From assembly GCA_000092065.1 (NCBI GenBank), contig CP000586.1: a DNA stretch of 64,000 nucleotides. One strand, written 5' to 3'. The DNA is from Ostreococcus lucimarinus. Lineage: Eukaryota. Shown piece by piece: positions 29,460-38,043 of this stretch (its first letter is position 1; every line of letters starts with the position of its first letter). The notes beneath the pieces are model-generated. The model saw nothing but the letters and a program-made list of their open reading frames with translations, had not been told where the DNA came from and searched no databases. The position numbers and the translations under genes were made by a program.

Positions 29460-30401
29460 TCAGTCGTGTCGTAAAACGCGCACGTCCGCATACGATCGCG
29501 CGCGCGTCACGAGACGTACCTGCGTTGCGATTCCTGGGTTTCTGCGAAGCGTCCAGCACGGATCCCCTCCAAACGTTTGCCGCAAGTCCTCGAGAAGCAT
29601 CTCGATGTCCATAAACAGCAACGACGGAAAGTCACTGAGCATCAGATCTATTCTACAGTCTTTCGGCATCGCCTTTCGCAGCGCGGAGACGGCGATGGCC
29701 GCCCTGGAGTACGCTCGATCCTCGAGACACAGCGCCGGCCGCCCTCGGAGCAGTTTGACGATGTCCGCGTCCGGCATGAGCGCTCGTAAACCCGTCACAC
29801 GCTCCAAGATCCCGTCCAACTCTTCCTGCGACGCGAGCAAACACGACGGAATCGTCGCGAACAACCCATCGGCGTCGCACGCGTCTCCTAATCGCTCCCT
29901 CGTCGACGCCGCGCGTTCCCGCACCCCCTCGAGCGCTTCCTCTCGAAGACGCAGCAATCTCGGCTCGCGCGCGCACACGTCTCCCGCGTCCACGTCCGCG
30001 CTCGCGAAAGTATTTTTAATCGCCAACATGGCCGCCATCGTCTCCCTCAGATCCACCGCGAGCTCCGCCGCGAGCGCTCGCTTCACCTCGCCTCTCGCCA
30101 CTCTTTCGCCGAGCCCCGGGCACAGCGCGAACAACCGATCGACGTCGCGCGCCAGCGCGTCCGCGTCCACGCCCCGCGCGTCCGCGACGACGTCCGCGGC
30201 CAATCGCCCGAGCGCGTCGTCCGCGCGTCCCTCCAGGATGTGTTTCACCTTCACCGTTCGCCCGAGCAGGTTCAGCGCCGGCCGCGTCGGCGTCGCGCGC
30301 GCGTCGTCCTCCGCCGCGCGTCTCGCGCCGCGCGCGCGTCGCGATGCGCGCGTCGCGAAACGCGCGTCGCGCGGCGCCGCGCGCGCCGTCGCGCGCGACA
30401 T
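29460..30401 (-). CDS. Hypothetical protein (conserved-looking, R/A/S/T-rich N-terminal presequence); function unknown
   Basis: Non-low-complexity body (..VKVKHILEGRADDALGRLAADVV...IDLMLSDFPSLLFMDIEMLLEDLRQTFGGDPCW...) with GC3-biased codons. The internal ATG is chosen so that it does not overlap the divergent HAD gene. Confidence 0.45.
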   Translation of the reverse strand: MSRATARAAPRDARFATRASRRARGARRAAEDDARATPTRPALNLLGRTVKVKHILEGRADDALGRLAADVVADARGVDADALARDVDRLFALCPGLGERVARGEVKRALAAELAVDLRETMAAMLAIKNTFASADVDAGDVCAREPRLLRLREEALEGVRERAASTRERLGDACDADGLFATIPSCLLASQEELDGILERVTGLRALMPDADIVKLLRGRPALCLEDRAYSRAAIAVSALRKAMPKDCRIDLMLSDFPSLLFMDIEMLLEDLRQTFGGDPCWTLRRNPGIATQVRLVTRARSYADVRVLRHD

Positions 30402-30432
30402 CGCGCGTCTCGTAGTCGCGAGTCGGCACTCG

Positions 30433-31206
30433 ATGGCGCGCGCGACGCCTCGCGCGGCGCGCGCCGTCGACGCGCGACCGCGCGCGCGCGCGACGAGGCG
30501 CGCGTCGACCGCGCGCGGGTCGAACTTCGACGCCCTCGTGTTCGACCTGGACGGCGTGCTGTACGACGGCGCGAACGGGTACCTCGCGCACGTGCGCGCG
30601 CGACAGCGCGCGTACCTGCGCGAACGGTTCGGCATGACGGCGGCGGAGGCGGCGGCGACGCGGAAAACGGCGTTCGCGAAGGCGAGTCAGTGCTACAAGG
30701 GCCTGCGCGATCTCGGGCTGGACGTCGAGTCGCAGGAGGCGTTCACGGCGTACTGCCGCGCGGGCGCGGAGACGTTTCTGAAGCCGGACGCGGCGCTCGC
30801 GGAATGCTTGCGAGCGATGCCGTATCGGAAGGTGGTGATGACGAACACGAGCGAGACGGAAGGGATGAAAGCGCTGACGGCGCTGGGACTGGACGCGTCG
30901 TCGAGCGATGCGTTCGAGAAGGTGTACGGGGGGATTTTCACGGCGCCGGCGTGCAAGCCGCAGCGCGAGGCGTTCGAGAAGGTGTTCGCAGATCTGGGAC
31001 GCGACGTGGACCCGCGGCGGTGCGTGATGTTTGAGGATTCGATGAAGAATGTAAAGGCGGCGAAGTCGTTCGGCATGACGACGGTGTTCGTGCGCACGCG
31101 AGGCGAGAGCGTGCTCGACGACGACGTCGAAGCGTGTTGCGACGCCGTCGTCGACGAGATCGAGTTCGAACAACTGCGCCGGCAACTGCCCGAGCTGTTC
31201 GATTAG
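30433..31206 (+). CDS. HAD-superfamily hydrolase, pyrimidine 5'-nucleotidase (SDT1/YjjG)-like
   Basis: ALVFDLDGVLYDG (motif I)...MTNTSE...KPQREAFEKV...MFEDSMKNV (motif IV-like). Confidence 0.7.
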   Translation: MARATPRAARAVDARPRARATRRASTARGSNFDALVFDLDGVLYDGANGYLAHVRARQRAYLRERFGMTAAEAAATRKTAFAKASQCYKGLRDLGLDVESQEAFTAYCRAGAETFLKPDAALAECLRAMPYRKVVMTNTSETEGMKALTALGLDASSSDAFEKVYGGIFTAPACKPQREAFEKVFADLGRDVDPRRCVMFEDSMKNVKAAKSFGMTTVFVRTRGESVLDDDVEACCDAVVDEIEFEQLRRQLPELFD

Positions 31207-31358
31207 GCGCGAGTCGCGATGCGCGCGACGAGCGAATTAGTGTACCGCCGCGCTTCAACCGGCGAAACGCGGTGGAATTATTTAAATGAAGATTGAGACT
31301 GTTGTAAAATGTTACACGGCGCCCGCCGACTAAAATAAAACGAGACGCGCGCGCGTCC

Positions 31359-31946
31359 CTACCACGTGTACGCCGCCAACGCCGCGCTCGCCGCCGCGCT
31401 CACCCCGAATATCGCCAACGAGCTCGCGTTCGCGCTTTCGTTATCGATCCCCTTCGTCGTCGAGTCCCACACCAAGTGTCGAAACCCGCCGAGCGTGTGA
31501 AACACGAACGGAAAACTCAGCGCAAACTTCACCGGCACCACCGCCAGCGGCGCGTTCGCTTTAAACATTTCCATCGTCATCGGCACCGCCTCCGCGCCTC
31601 CGACGAGCGCTATGATCCCCCCCGCGCTCATCGCTCCCGTGAGCGCGACGCCCGTGACGCGATTCGTGATCGAGCTCAGCGCCACCGCCGGAAACTTATA
31701 GTGCGCGCGCCAGCTCCCGTCCGCCGCGAACACGTCCGGCGACATCGGTCGCTTCTCCAGCAGCGCGCGGTGGTTCTTCGGCGTGCCCAGGAACCCGGTG
31801 CCGCCCGTCGCCGGTTGTCCGTAGTCGTCCGGGACACCGCGCGATCCGATCGCGCGCGTCGCCGTCGCCGCGCGCGTCGCCTCGACGATCGCGCGCGCCG
31901 TCGACGCGCGCCTCGCGCGATCCGCGATCGCGCGCGCCGCGGACAT
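31359..31946 (-). CDS. SDHC: Succinate dehydrogenase cytochrome b560 subunit (SDHC/SDH3), mitochondrial presequence
   Basis: HYKFPAVALSSITNRVTGVALTG...FALSFPFVFHTLGGFRHLVWDSTTKGIDN matches SDHC (..ICHRGTGIAL...HTWNGIRHLMWDLGKGL). Confidence 0.8.
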   Translation of the reverse strand: MSAARAIADRARRASTARAIVEATRAATATRAIGSRGVPDDYGQPATGGTGFLGTPKNHRALLEKRPMSPDVFAADGSWRAHYKFPAVALSSITNRVTGVALTGAMSAGGIIALVGGAEAVPMTMEMFKANAPLAVVPVKFALSFPFVFHTLGGFRHLVWDSTTKGIDNESANASSLAIFGVSAAASAALAAYTW

Positions 31947-32006
31947 GACCGCCGTCGTCGCGTCGCGTCGCGCTCTCGCGCGTCGGCGTCGGGCGATCGC
32001 GACACC

Positions 32007-32573
32007 ATGGCGCTCGCGCGCGCGCGAATCGCGCCCGTCGCGCCCGTCGCGCGCGACGCGCGGGCGACGCGCGCGACGACGTCGAGGCGCGAGCTCGCGG
32101 GCGCGGTCGCGCTCGTCGCGACGCTCGGGCGATGCGACGGCGCGCGCGCATCGCGCGATGCGATGGATTACGACGCCGACACGCTCGACGCGCTCGACGC
32201 GGCGACGCGGGTGGTGCGAGGGAAGGCGAGGGAGGGCGATCGCGCGCGGATCGACGGATGGTACGAGCGGAACAAGCGGCGGTACGATAACGCGACGCGA
32301 GGGAAGTCGTTCTTGATGACGACGAAGACGCTGCGATACGCCGCGGGACGCGAGCGGAGCGAGACGTTCGACGAGGCGAAGTTTGATGAATGGGTGAAGC
32401 TTTCGCGAGCGCTCACCGATGGGTCGATGAGCGTGAAAGAGCAGCGCGAGGCGTACGGCGCGGCGGTTTGGGCGAATAACGATAAGAGCGACGCGAAGAA
32501 TCGAATCGGGCTCTGCGCGTTCGGCGCGACGGGGCCGACGCGAGCGCTCGGTATCGATTGTTCGGGCTTTTAG
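32007..32573 (+). CDS. Hypothetical small protein (188 aa) with presequence-like N-terminus
   Basis: Internal ATG of ORF 31476..32573 (MALARARIAPV...). The globular C-terminal part is WYERNKRRYDNATRGKSFLMTTKTLRYAAG...GIDCSGF. No family recognised. Confidence 0.4.
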   Translation: MALARARIAPVAPVARDARATRATTSRRELAGAVALVATLGRCDGARASRDAMDYDADTLDALDAATRVVRGKAREGDRARIDGWYERNKRRYDNATRGKSFLMTTKTLRYAAGRERSETFDEAKFDEWVKLSRALTDGSMSVKEQREAYGAAVWANNDKSDAKNRIGLCAFGATGPTRALGIDCSGF

Positions 32574-32641
32574 ATTGTGATTGATTTATTGTTTTTGCGA
32601 GCTGTGATGCGTGAGATATAAAAAATGTGTGCGCGGTGTAT

Positions 32642-35389
32642 CTAACGGCCTCTTTGGAGACTCGGAGTTCGTCCCGGGATGGGGAACTTGCTCAAATCGT
32701 CTCGCGTGCGCTCGGCGAGACGCTGCTGGAATTTTTCTATAAACTTGTTCGACATGCGTTGAACGCCTGGCGCAACCGTGGGAAGGATGACGCGAATCGA
32801 GTCGGTTTCGATTCTCGACACACCGTTCGCCGCACCGGGAAGTTGCGCGAAGATTTTGTCCAAGGACTGAACAGAGCCGCCCGACGGGCCAGCCGCGAGC
32901 TCGACGAGCGCCCGCAACAGCGCTAAATTCTTCTTGTCGTCAAACGTGAGCGCGATGGCATCCTTGTTCTGAGACGCGAGGATGGACAGGAAAATAGACG
33001 CGTTCAATCCAGGGACCAAAGCCAAAGGAGTAATCGTTGCCAGCGTCGCGAATGGCGACGCGCTTCCAAGCAACTGCCACGCTTGCGCGGCGCCGTTTCT
33101 GCTAAGACTGTCCGCGGCGCGCACAGCTTCCTCCACGACGAGATCTTGCAAGTAATTGCCCTCGCCAGAGAATACGATGGACAGTGCATCGCGCGTCGCG
33201 GGATCGAGCTCAGAAAGCACCTTGGCGTCTTCAATCGTCAAACTTTCCGTGGCGCCCATCGAGTTCGTGAACTTGGAAAAACCTCCAGCAATGTCCTTCA
33301 CGCGCGACACCTTCAGACGATCGCTTCCACCGTACACAAAAGATCGGAGTGCCGCGCGCATCCTCGGAGAGTCATCCGACAATAAGCGCCGTGCGATGTA
33401 TGGAAAGCATTCGTCGACAATCGCGTAGTTGGAATCGACACTCAGTCCCAACCCTTCGAGCGTTCCGAACGCGCGCAAAATAAGGACAAAGTACGGGGGC
33501 AGCGACAGCGGGTATTGCTTCGCCAAATCGTCGAGCTTCTCTGAAAGTTCGCCGACGCGGGAGCTTTGTTGCGCATTAAGTGCGTCGGTCTTGGCGGTGA
33601 TTCCGCCGCCGGTACCGTAAAGCGTTTCCAACGTCTCCGCAAGGACGGGAACGACGATTGAACGACTCACCGGATCGTTCGCCAATTCTGGCGGAACGAA
33701 ACCGAGGTTGACCAAATCTCCTAGTGTTTTGTCGTATTCTTTCGCACTCAAATGCGCGATGTATTCCACGAAGGCAATTCGCTGTTCTTCGCTGATGGTC
33801 GTCATCATGCCGTAATCCAATATGCACAGGCGTCCGTTGTCTTCGAGCAGAAAATTTCCGGGGTGCGGATCGGCGTGCAAGAAACCTGTTTCCAAGAACT
33901 GCACCATGTAACTGTTGAGTAACGTCTCGACAAGCTTTTCTCGAGTCTCCTTGTTTGTGTTAGATGCCTCGATTTCGGTGAGCTTGCGACCCGCCACCCA
34001 CTCTTGCGTCAAGACTTTGCGAGTCGAGCACGAACGGAACACATGCGGCACCTTGATGGTGCCGCGAACGAAAGGCACGCTGTTCATGTCGGCCTCAAAG
34101 CGCGATGCGTTTGACGCTTCGAGTCCAAAGTCGAGTTCTTCCAAAAATCTCTCCGCCGCGACGTCCAGCACTGGCAGAAAACCCTCCGCGCCTTGCTGAA
34201 TTTGCCCAAGCGGTCCTTCCTTCGGCAAGGAAGCCAAGGACTCTAGCACGGAGCGAATCACCAGCAAGTCCAAAGTGACGACTTCTAAGATCGCCGGTCG
34301 CTGCACTTTGACCGCGACGTCCATACCCCAATCTCCCTGTTCTTTTTCCATGACTTTCGTGGCTTTCAGCCGTGCTTTGTACACTTGACCGATCGATGCT
34401 GCGGCGACCGGTTCCTCGAACGCACTCACGTCTTCAAACACATCCTCGAGCGGTTTTCCAAGCTCTTGTCGAATCAGCTCGCGTGCCTCGACGCTACTGA
34501 ATGGTTTTACGCCATCCAACAGCGTCTGCAGCGCCTCAAGGTACGCCGGAGGCAGCAAGTCTGGGCGAATCGCCACTGCTTGTCCAACCTTGACGAACGC
34601 CGGCCCTTGCTTAGCGATGATATCCTTCAACTGTCGAGCGCGTTCGACGGAGTTTTTTTCCACTTTACCCGTTTGAATATCGAGTAGTAAAGCCAAGACC
34701 CAGCCCATGACGTCGGCGAGCAAGCTGCCCGAACGCTTCGCGATGGCCGCTGGTCTACGACTCCAGTACGCTCGAATCTTCGCGACATCGTACGTCGTCG
34801 GCAAAGCATCGGATTCACCCCCACGCGCGAGACCTATCGCCGCCGCGCTTTCCTCAGCTTCATCGCCACTGTTTGTGATCGCTAATACGCCAGCCATCGA
34901 CACCGCGATCGCTTGTAACGCCGCGCCGACGGCGTCCTCCGGCAAGAGCTCGGCGACGCCAAACGTCTGGAACGCCGCGGTCGCCGCGCCGAACGCCTTG
35001 CTTTCGATAAAACGCCCCCTCGCCGCCTTCAGCGCCTCAACCGCGACATCTGTCGCACCTTGCCACTCGATCGAGCTCACGAGCTCCCCTGTTCCATCCT
35101 CGCGCTGCCCGAACGCTCTCAAGCGAAGCATCGGCTCCAGCGCCTCTCTCGTCGCCGCGTACAACTTCGCCGGCGACATCTCACGCAGGACGTGCAGACC
35201 GCTGTCGTCCAGCGCGCGATTCAAAACCTCCACATCGATGTGCGTCAGCGCGTCGACCGCGGCCGGGAGATCGGGGACGACGCGCGTGATGACTGTTGAT
35301 TTTCGCGTTGCGCGATGCGTCGACGTCGACGGGCGACCGGCGCGGCGCGGCGCGACGCCGCGCGCGAGCGACGCGCCGGCGAGCGACAT
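32642..35389 (-). CDS. ABC1/ADCK-family atypical kinase (ABC1K, plastid-type)
   Basis: AAASIGQVYKARL...VAVKVQRP...HADPHPGNFLLEDNGRLCILDYGMM: aarF/ABC1 kinase motifs; 915 aa with N-terminal presequence. Confidence 0.85.
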   Translation of the reverse strand: MSLAGASLARGVAPRRAGRPSTSTHRATRKSTVITRVVPDLPAAVDALTHIDVEVLNRALDDSGLHVLREMSPAKLYAATREALEPMLRLRAFGQREDGTGELVSSIEWQGATDVAVEALKAARGRFIESKAFGAATAAFQTFGVAELLPEDAVGAALQAIAVSMAGVLAITNSGDEAEESAAAIGLARGGESDALPTTYDVAKIRAYWSRRPAAIAKRSGSLLADVMGWVLALLLDIQTGKVEKNSVERARQLKDIIAKQGPAFVKVGQAVAIRPDLLPPAYLEALQTLLDGVKPFSSVEARELIRQELGKPLEDVFEDVSAFEEPVAAASIGQVYKARLKATKVMEKEQGDWGMDVAVKVQRPAILEVVTLDLLVIRSVLESLASLPKEGPLGQIQQGAEGFLPVLDVAAERFLEELDFGLEASNASRFEADMNSVPFVRGTIKVPHVFRSCSTRKVLTQEWVAGRKLTEIEASNTNKETREKLVETLLNSYMVQFLETGFLHADPHPGNFLLEDNGRLCILDYGMMTTISEEQRIAFVEYIAHLSAKEYDKTLGDLVNLGFVPPELANDPVSRSIVVPVLAETLETLYGTGGGITAKTDALNAQQSSRVGELSEKLDDLAKQYPLSLPPYFVLILRAFGTLEGLGLSVDSNYAIVDECFPYIARRLLSDDSPRMRAALRSFVYGGSDRLKVSRVKDIAGGFSKFTNSMGATESLTIEDAKVLSELDPATRDALSIVFSGEGNYLQDLVVEEAVRAADSLSRNGAAQAWQLLGSASPFATLATITPLALVPGLNASIFLSILASQNKDAIALTFDDKKNLALLRALVELAAGPSGGSVQSLDKIFAQLPGAANGVSRIETDSIRVILPTVAPGVQRMSNKFIEKFQQRLAERTRDDLSKFPIPGRTPSLQRGR

Positions 35390-35569
35390 GGCGCGCGCGC
35401 GAGGTGGTCGAGCGTCACTCTCGCGCGCGCGTGCGGTCGGGCGGGCCGTGCGTCACTGTCCCTCGCGCGCGGGCGCGGATAAGTGAGGAGTCCTCTGACA
35501 GGCAAAAAGCGTCCTCTGAGAGCGCGCGGCGATCGCGCGGTGACAACGCGGCTATGCTAATTTCAGGCG

Positions 35570-37681
35570 CTACCTTTTCTTCTTCTTCGTGACGCGAGAT
35601 TGCTTGCTCGCGAGCTTTGCGCGCTGCTTGGGCTTCGCACTCGAGGCGCGCGCGGTCTTTTTGCCGTTCTTCGCGTTGCCGGCGCCGCGCTCGCGAAACG
35701 CGCGCTGCTCGTCGGCGGCGCGGCGACGCTTGGCGCTCGGTGACGCCGGGGTGCCTCCGTAGCCGCGGTGGCCGTCGGAGGCCCACGCGCTAGCACCACG
35801 AGGACGTTTATTGTTACCGTTGCGCGGATCGTCGGTCCAATCGGATTTGTTCGGCGAGAAGCTGTTTTTCGCGTTCGCTTTGCGGAAATACTGATGGTTG
35901 TTCCGCCCGCTCCCCGAGGGCGAGGATTCGCGGCGGACCATAGTGTTCTGGCGAACCTTGATGAGTTGACCGCTCTTTGGGAACGCACCGAAACTGTTTC
36001 TAGGCGGTGGCGCGGCGACCTCGGAGAGTAACGAGAGCTCGCCGCTCACCGAGATGTGCTCCGCGGCGAGTCTAAACAGGTTCTGAACCTCTTTGAATCG
36101 ATACGCCGCCGCGGTAAAGCAACGCAGTCGCTCCTGCGGATCTTCTGCCATGATGTACGGCCGCGTCCCAAACGGTGGACCGGGGAGTTCCGCGGCGGAC
36201 ATCACGCCCGATTCGCGACCGGCGGCGACGGCGTTTGTTCTGTAATCAAACACAGAGCCGAATCGCCGGAGAAAACCGAGTAAGAGCTCGCCCAACAAAC
36301 CGGCTTTATTTACAGCTACCACTGAACCCGTTTGTTTCAAGTGCGAAACCACAAGCGACACGAGCAAGTAGCCCCCACACCCTCCAGTCGCGGCGTCGTT
36401 CAAGTGATGCGTGCTAAGAAGGCGCTTCAAGTAAAAGACCAATGGTTTCAACGCCGTGTACGTCTCGACTTGTTCGCGAATCCAGTACACGGCTTCGAGG
36501 CCGTTTGAAGTTCCTAAGGACAGATCCACGGCGATATATGGCGGCACAGCACTTTTCATTTTAATGATCGGAACCTTCGCCGAGGCGATGATCTCCGCTC
36601 GCGACACAGCGTTCACCTTGCGCAAGAATCGAGCCATTTTTCGCAAGTGGCCGACGATTTCGTCGCGTTCGCTTCGTGTAAACCCACCACCGCCGCCCTT
36701 GCGCGACTGCGGACCGACGCCGAGTAAAACTAAATCTAGATCGGCTCCTGCGAGCGCCAGCCCCGTGGCGCCGCTCCCGAATACGTGCAGAGAGCAATCT
36801 TTGTGATTAGCGTAATGTCGAGCGATGGCGGATTGAATGGCGTCGAAACACTGTTGTCGACGACTCGCTTCGTGCGTAGACATCTCGCTATGCTTCACGA
36901 AATCAATCACTTGCGAATGCAAAGAATCATCGCCGACGACTCGATCGCTCTCGATGTTGTTGAGCTCAGTCTCCTCGACGTTGAACGAAAAGTTATGATC
37001 GTCTTCCTCATCCGTGTATTCGTCGAATGAATCGTCGAAATGATCGTCTTCGGCATCGCTTTCATCGATCGTGTTGTCCTCGGCGCTCACGGAACCATCG
37101 CAACGCGCATCGCTCGCGCTTTCTTCGCTCGTCGCCGCACTCGCGGACGTCTCGATCCCGTTCATCTCGCGCATCGCGTCCGCCACGCCCTTGGCGAGCG
37201 TAAATTTCCTTTTAAACACCAACCGCTCCCTTTGACTCGACGGCAAGCGCTCTTCGCTCTTCGTTTCCACCACCCCTCGTCGCTGTAAATCACGCAGCGT
37301 CTCCAGAACCTCTGACTCAAAATCTACCGCCGTCCCCGTCGCCGCCTTTGTCTCCTCGTCCCAATTCGCCGCCCCCGCGCGAAGCGTCCCCACCAACGTC
37401 TGCGCGTCGCACGCCGTCGGCGCCGCTCGACTCATCGCCTCCACCACCAACTCCCGCCATCGCACGCGTCGATCCTCGTCGTCGTGCCTCTCCCTCCCGC
37501 GTCCCGTCGTCGTCGCCGCGCTCGTCGTCGCCGCGCTCCTCGTCGTCCCGCGCGCGTCGCCCGCCCCTCGCCCGCCGCGTCCGCCTCCCGCGCGCGCCGC
37601 CGTCGCCGGCGTCCCCCGCGACGTCGACGACGCGCCCCACCTCGCGGCGCGTCGCTCTTTCCTTCGCCTCGACGCGCTCAT
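35570..37681 (-). CDS. Non-canonical poly(A) polymerase / terminal nucleotidyltransferase (Trf4/Cid1 family)
   Basis: SLHVFGSGATGLALAGADLDLVLL (Pol-beta NTase GS...D.D) + PAP-associated region (YTALKPLVFYLKRLLSTHHLNDAATGG); basic C-tail. Confidence 0.75.
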   Translation of the reverse strand: MSASRRRKERRAARWGASSTSRGTPATAARAGGGRGGRGAGDARGTTRSAATTSAATTTGRGRERHDDEDRRVRWRELVVEAMSRAAPTACDAQTLVGTLRAGAANWDEETKAATGTAVDFESEVLETLRDLQRRGVVETKSEERLPSSQRERLVFKRKFTLAKGVADAMREMNGIETSASAATSEESASDARCDGSVSAEDNTIDESDAEDDHFDDSFDEYTDEEDDHNFSFNVEETELNNIESDRVVGDDSLHSQVIDFVKHSEMSTHEASRRQQCFDAIQSAIARHYANHKDCSLHVFGSGATGLALAGADLDLVLLGVGPQSRKGGGGGFTRSERDEIVGHLRKMARFLRKVNAVSRAEIIASAKVPIIKMKSAVPPYIAVDLSLGTSNGLEAVYWIREQVETYTALKPLVFYLKRLLSTHHLNDAATGGCGGYLLVSLVVSHLKQTGSVVAVNKAGLLGELLLGFLRRFGSVFDYRTNAVAAGRESGVMSAAELPGPPFGTRPYIMAEDPQERLRCFTAAAYRFKEVQNLFRLAAEHISVSGELSLLSEVAAPPPRNSFGAFPKSGQLIKVRQNTMVRRESSPSGSGRNNHQYFRKANAKNSFSPNKSDWTDDPRNGNNKRPRGASAWASDGHRGYGGTPASPSAKRRRAADEQRAFRERGAGNAKNGKKTARASSAKPKQRAKLASKQSRVTKKKKR

Positions 37682-38043
37682 CGCTTTCCGTCGTCCGTCG
37701 CGTCAATCGACCTCGGCGGCGCGCGTCGCGTCGACGCGCGCCCGGCGCGCTCGCGCGCGCGCGCGCGCGGCGTCGACCGGTCGAGGCGCGACCGCGCGCG
37801 CGTCGTCGCGTCGCGTCGGTCGTTCGCGTCGCGCGCGCGCGTGTGGCGCGCCGACCGACGCGACGCGCCGAGACTCGACTCGACGGCGCGCGACGCGCGC
37901 GTTCGCCGCACACGCGCGCGCGGCGGCGCGGCGACGACGCGAGCGGCGACCGCGCGAGCGTCGACGCGCGCTCGGAGCGCGCCGCTCGCGGCGTGAAACG
38001 CCGATCGCGCGCGCGCGGGACGTCGAACGCGCGGGTGGATAAA

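Noticed and set aside
37348-38043. N-terminal 232 codons of the SSIII track ORF
   Set aside because: This would overlap the divergently transcribed nucleotidyltransferase gene (ending at 37681). It is pure Arg/Ala/Pro/Ser low complexity encoded by GC repeats. An internal ATG at 38044 precedes the coiled-coil region.
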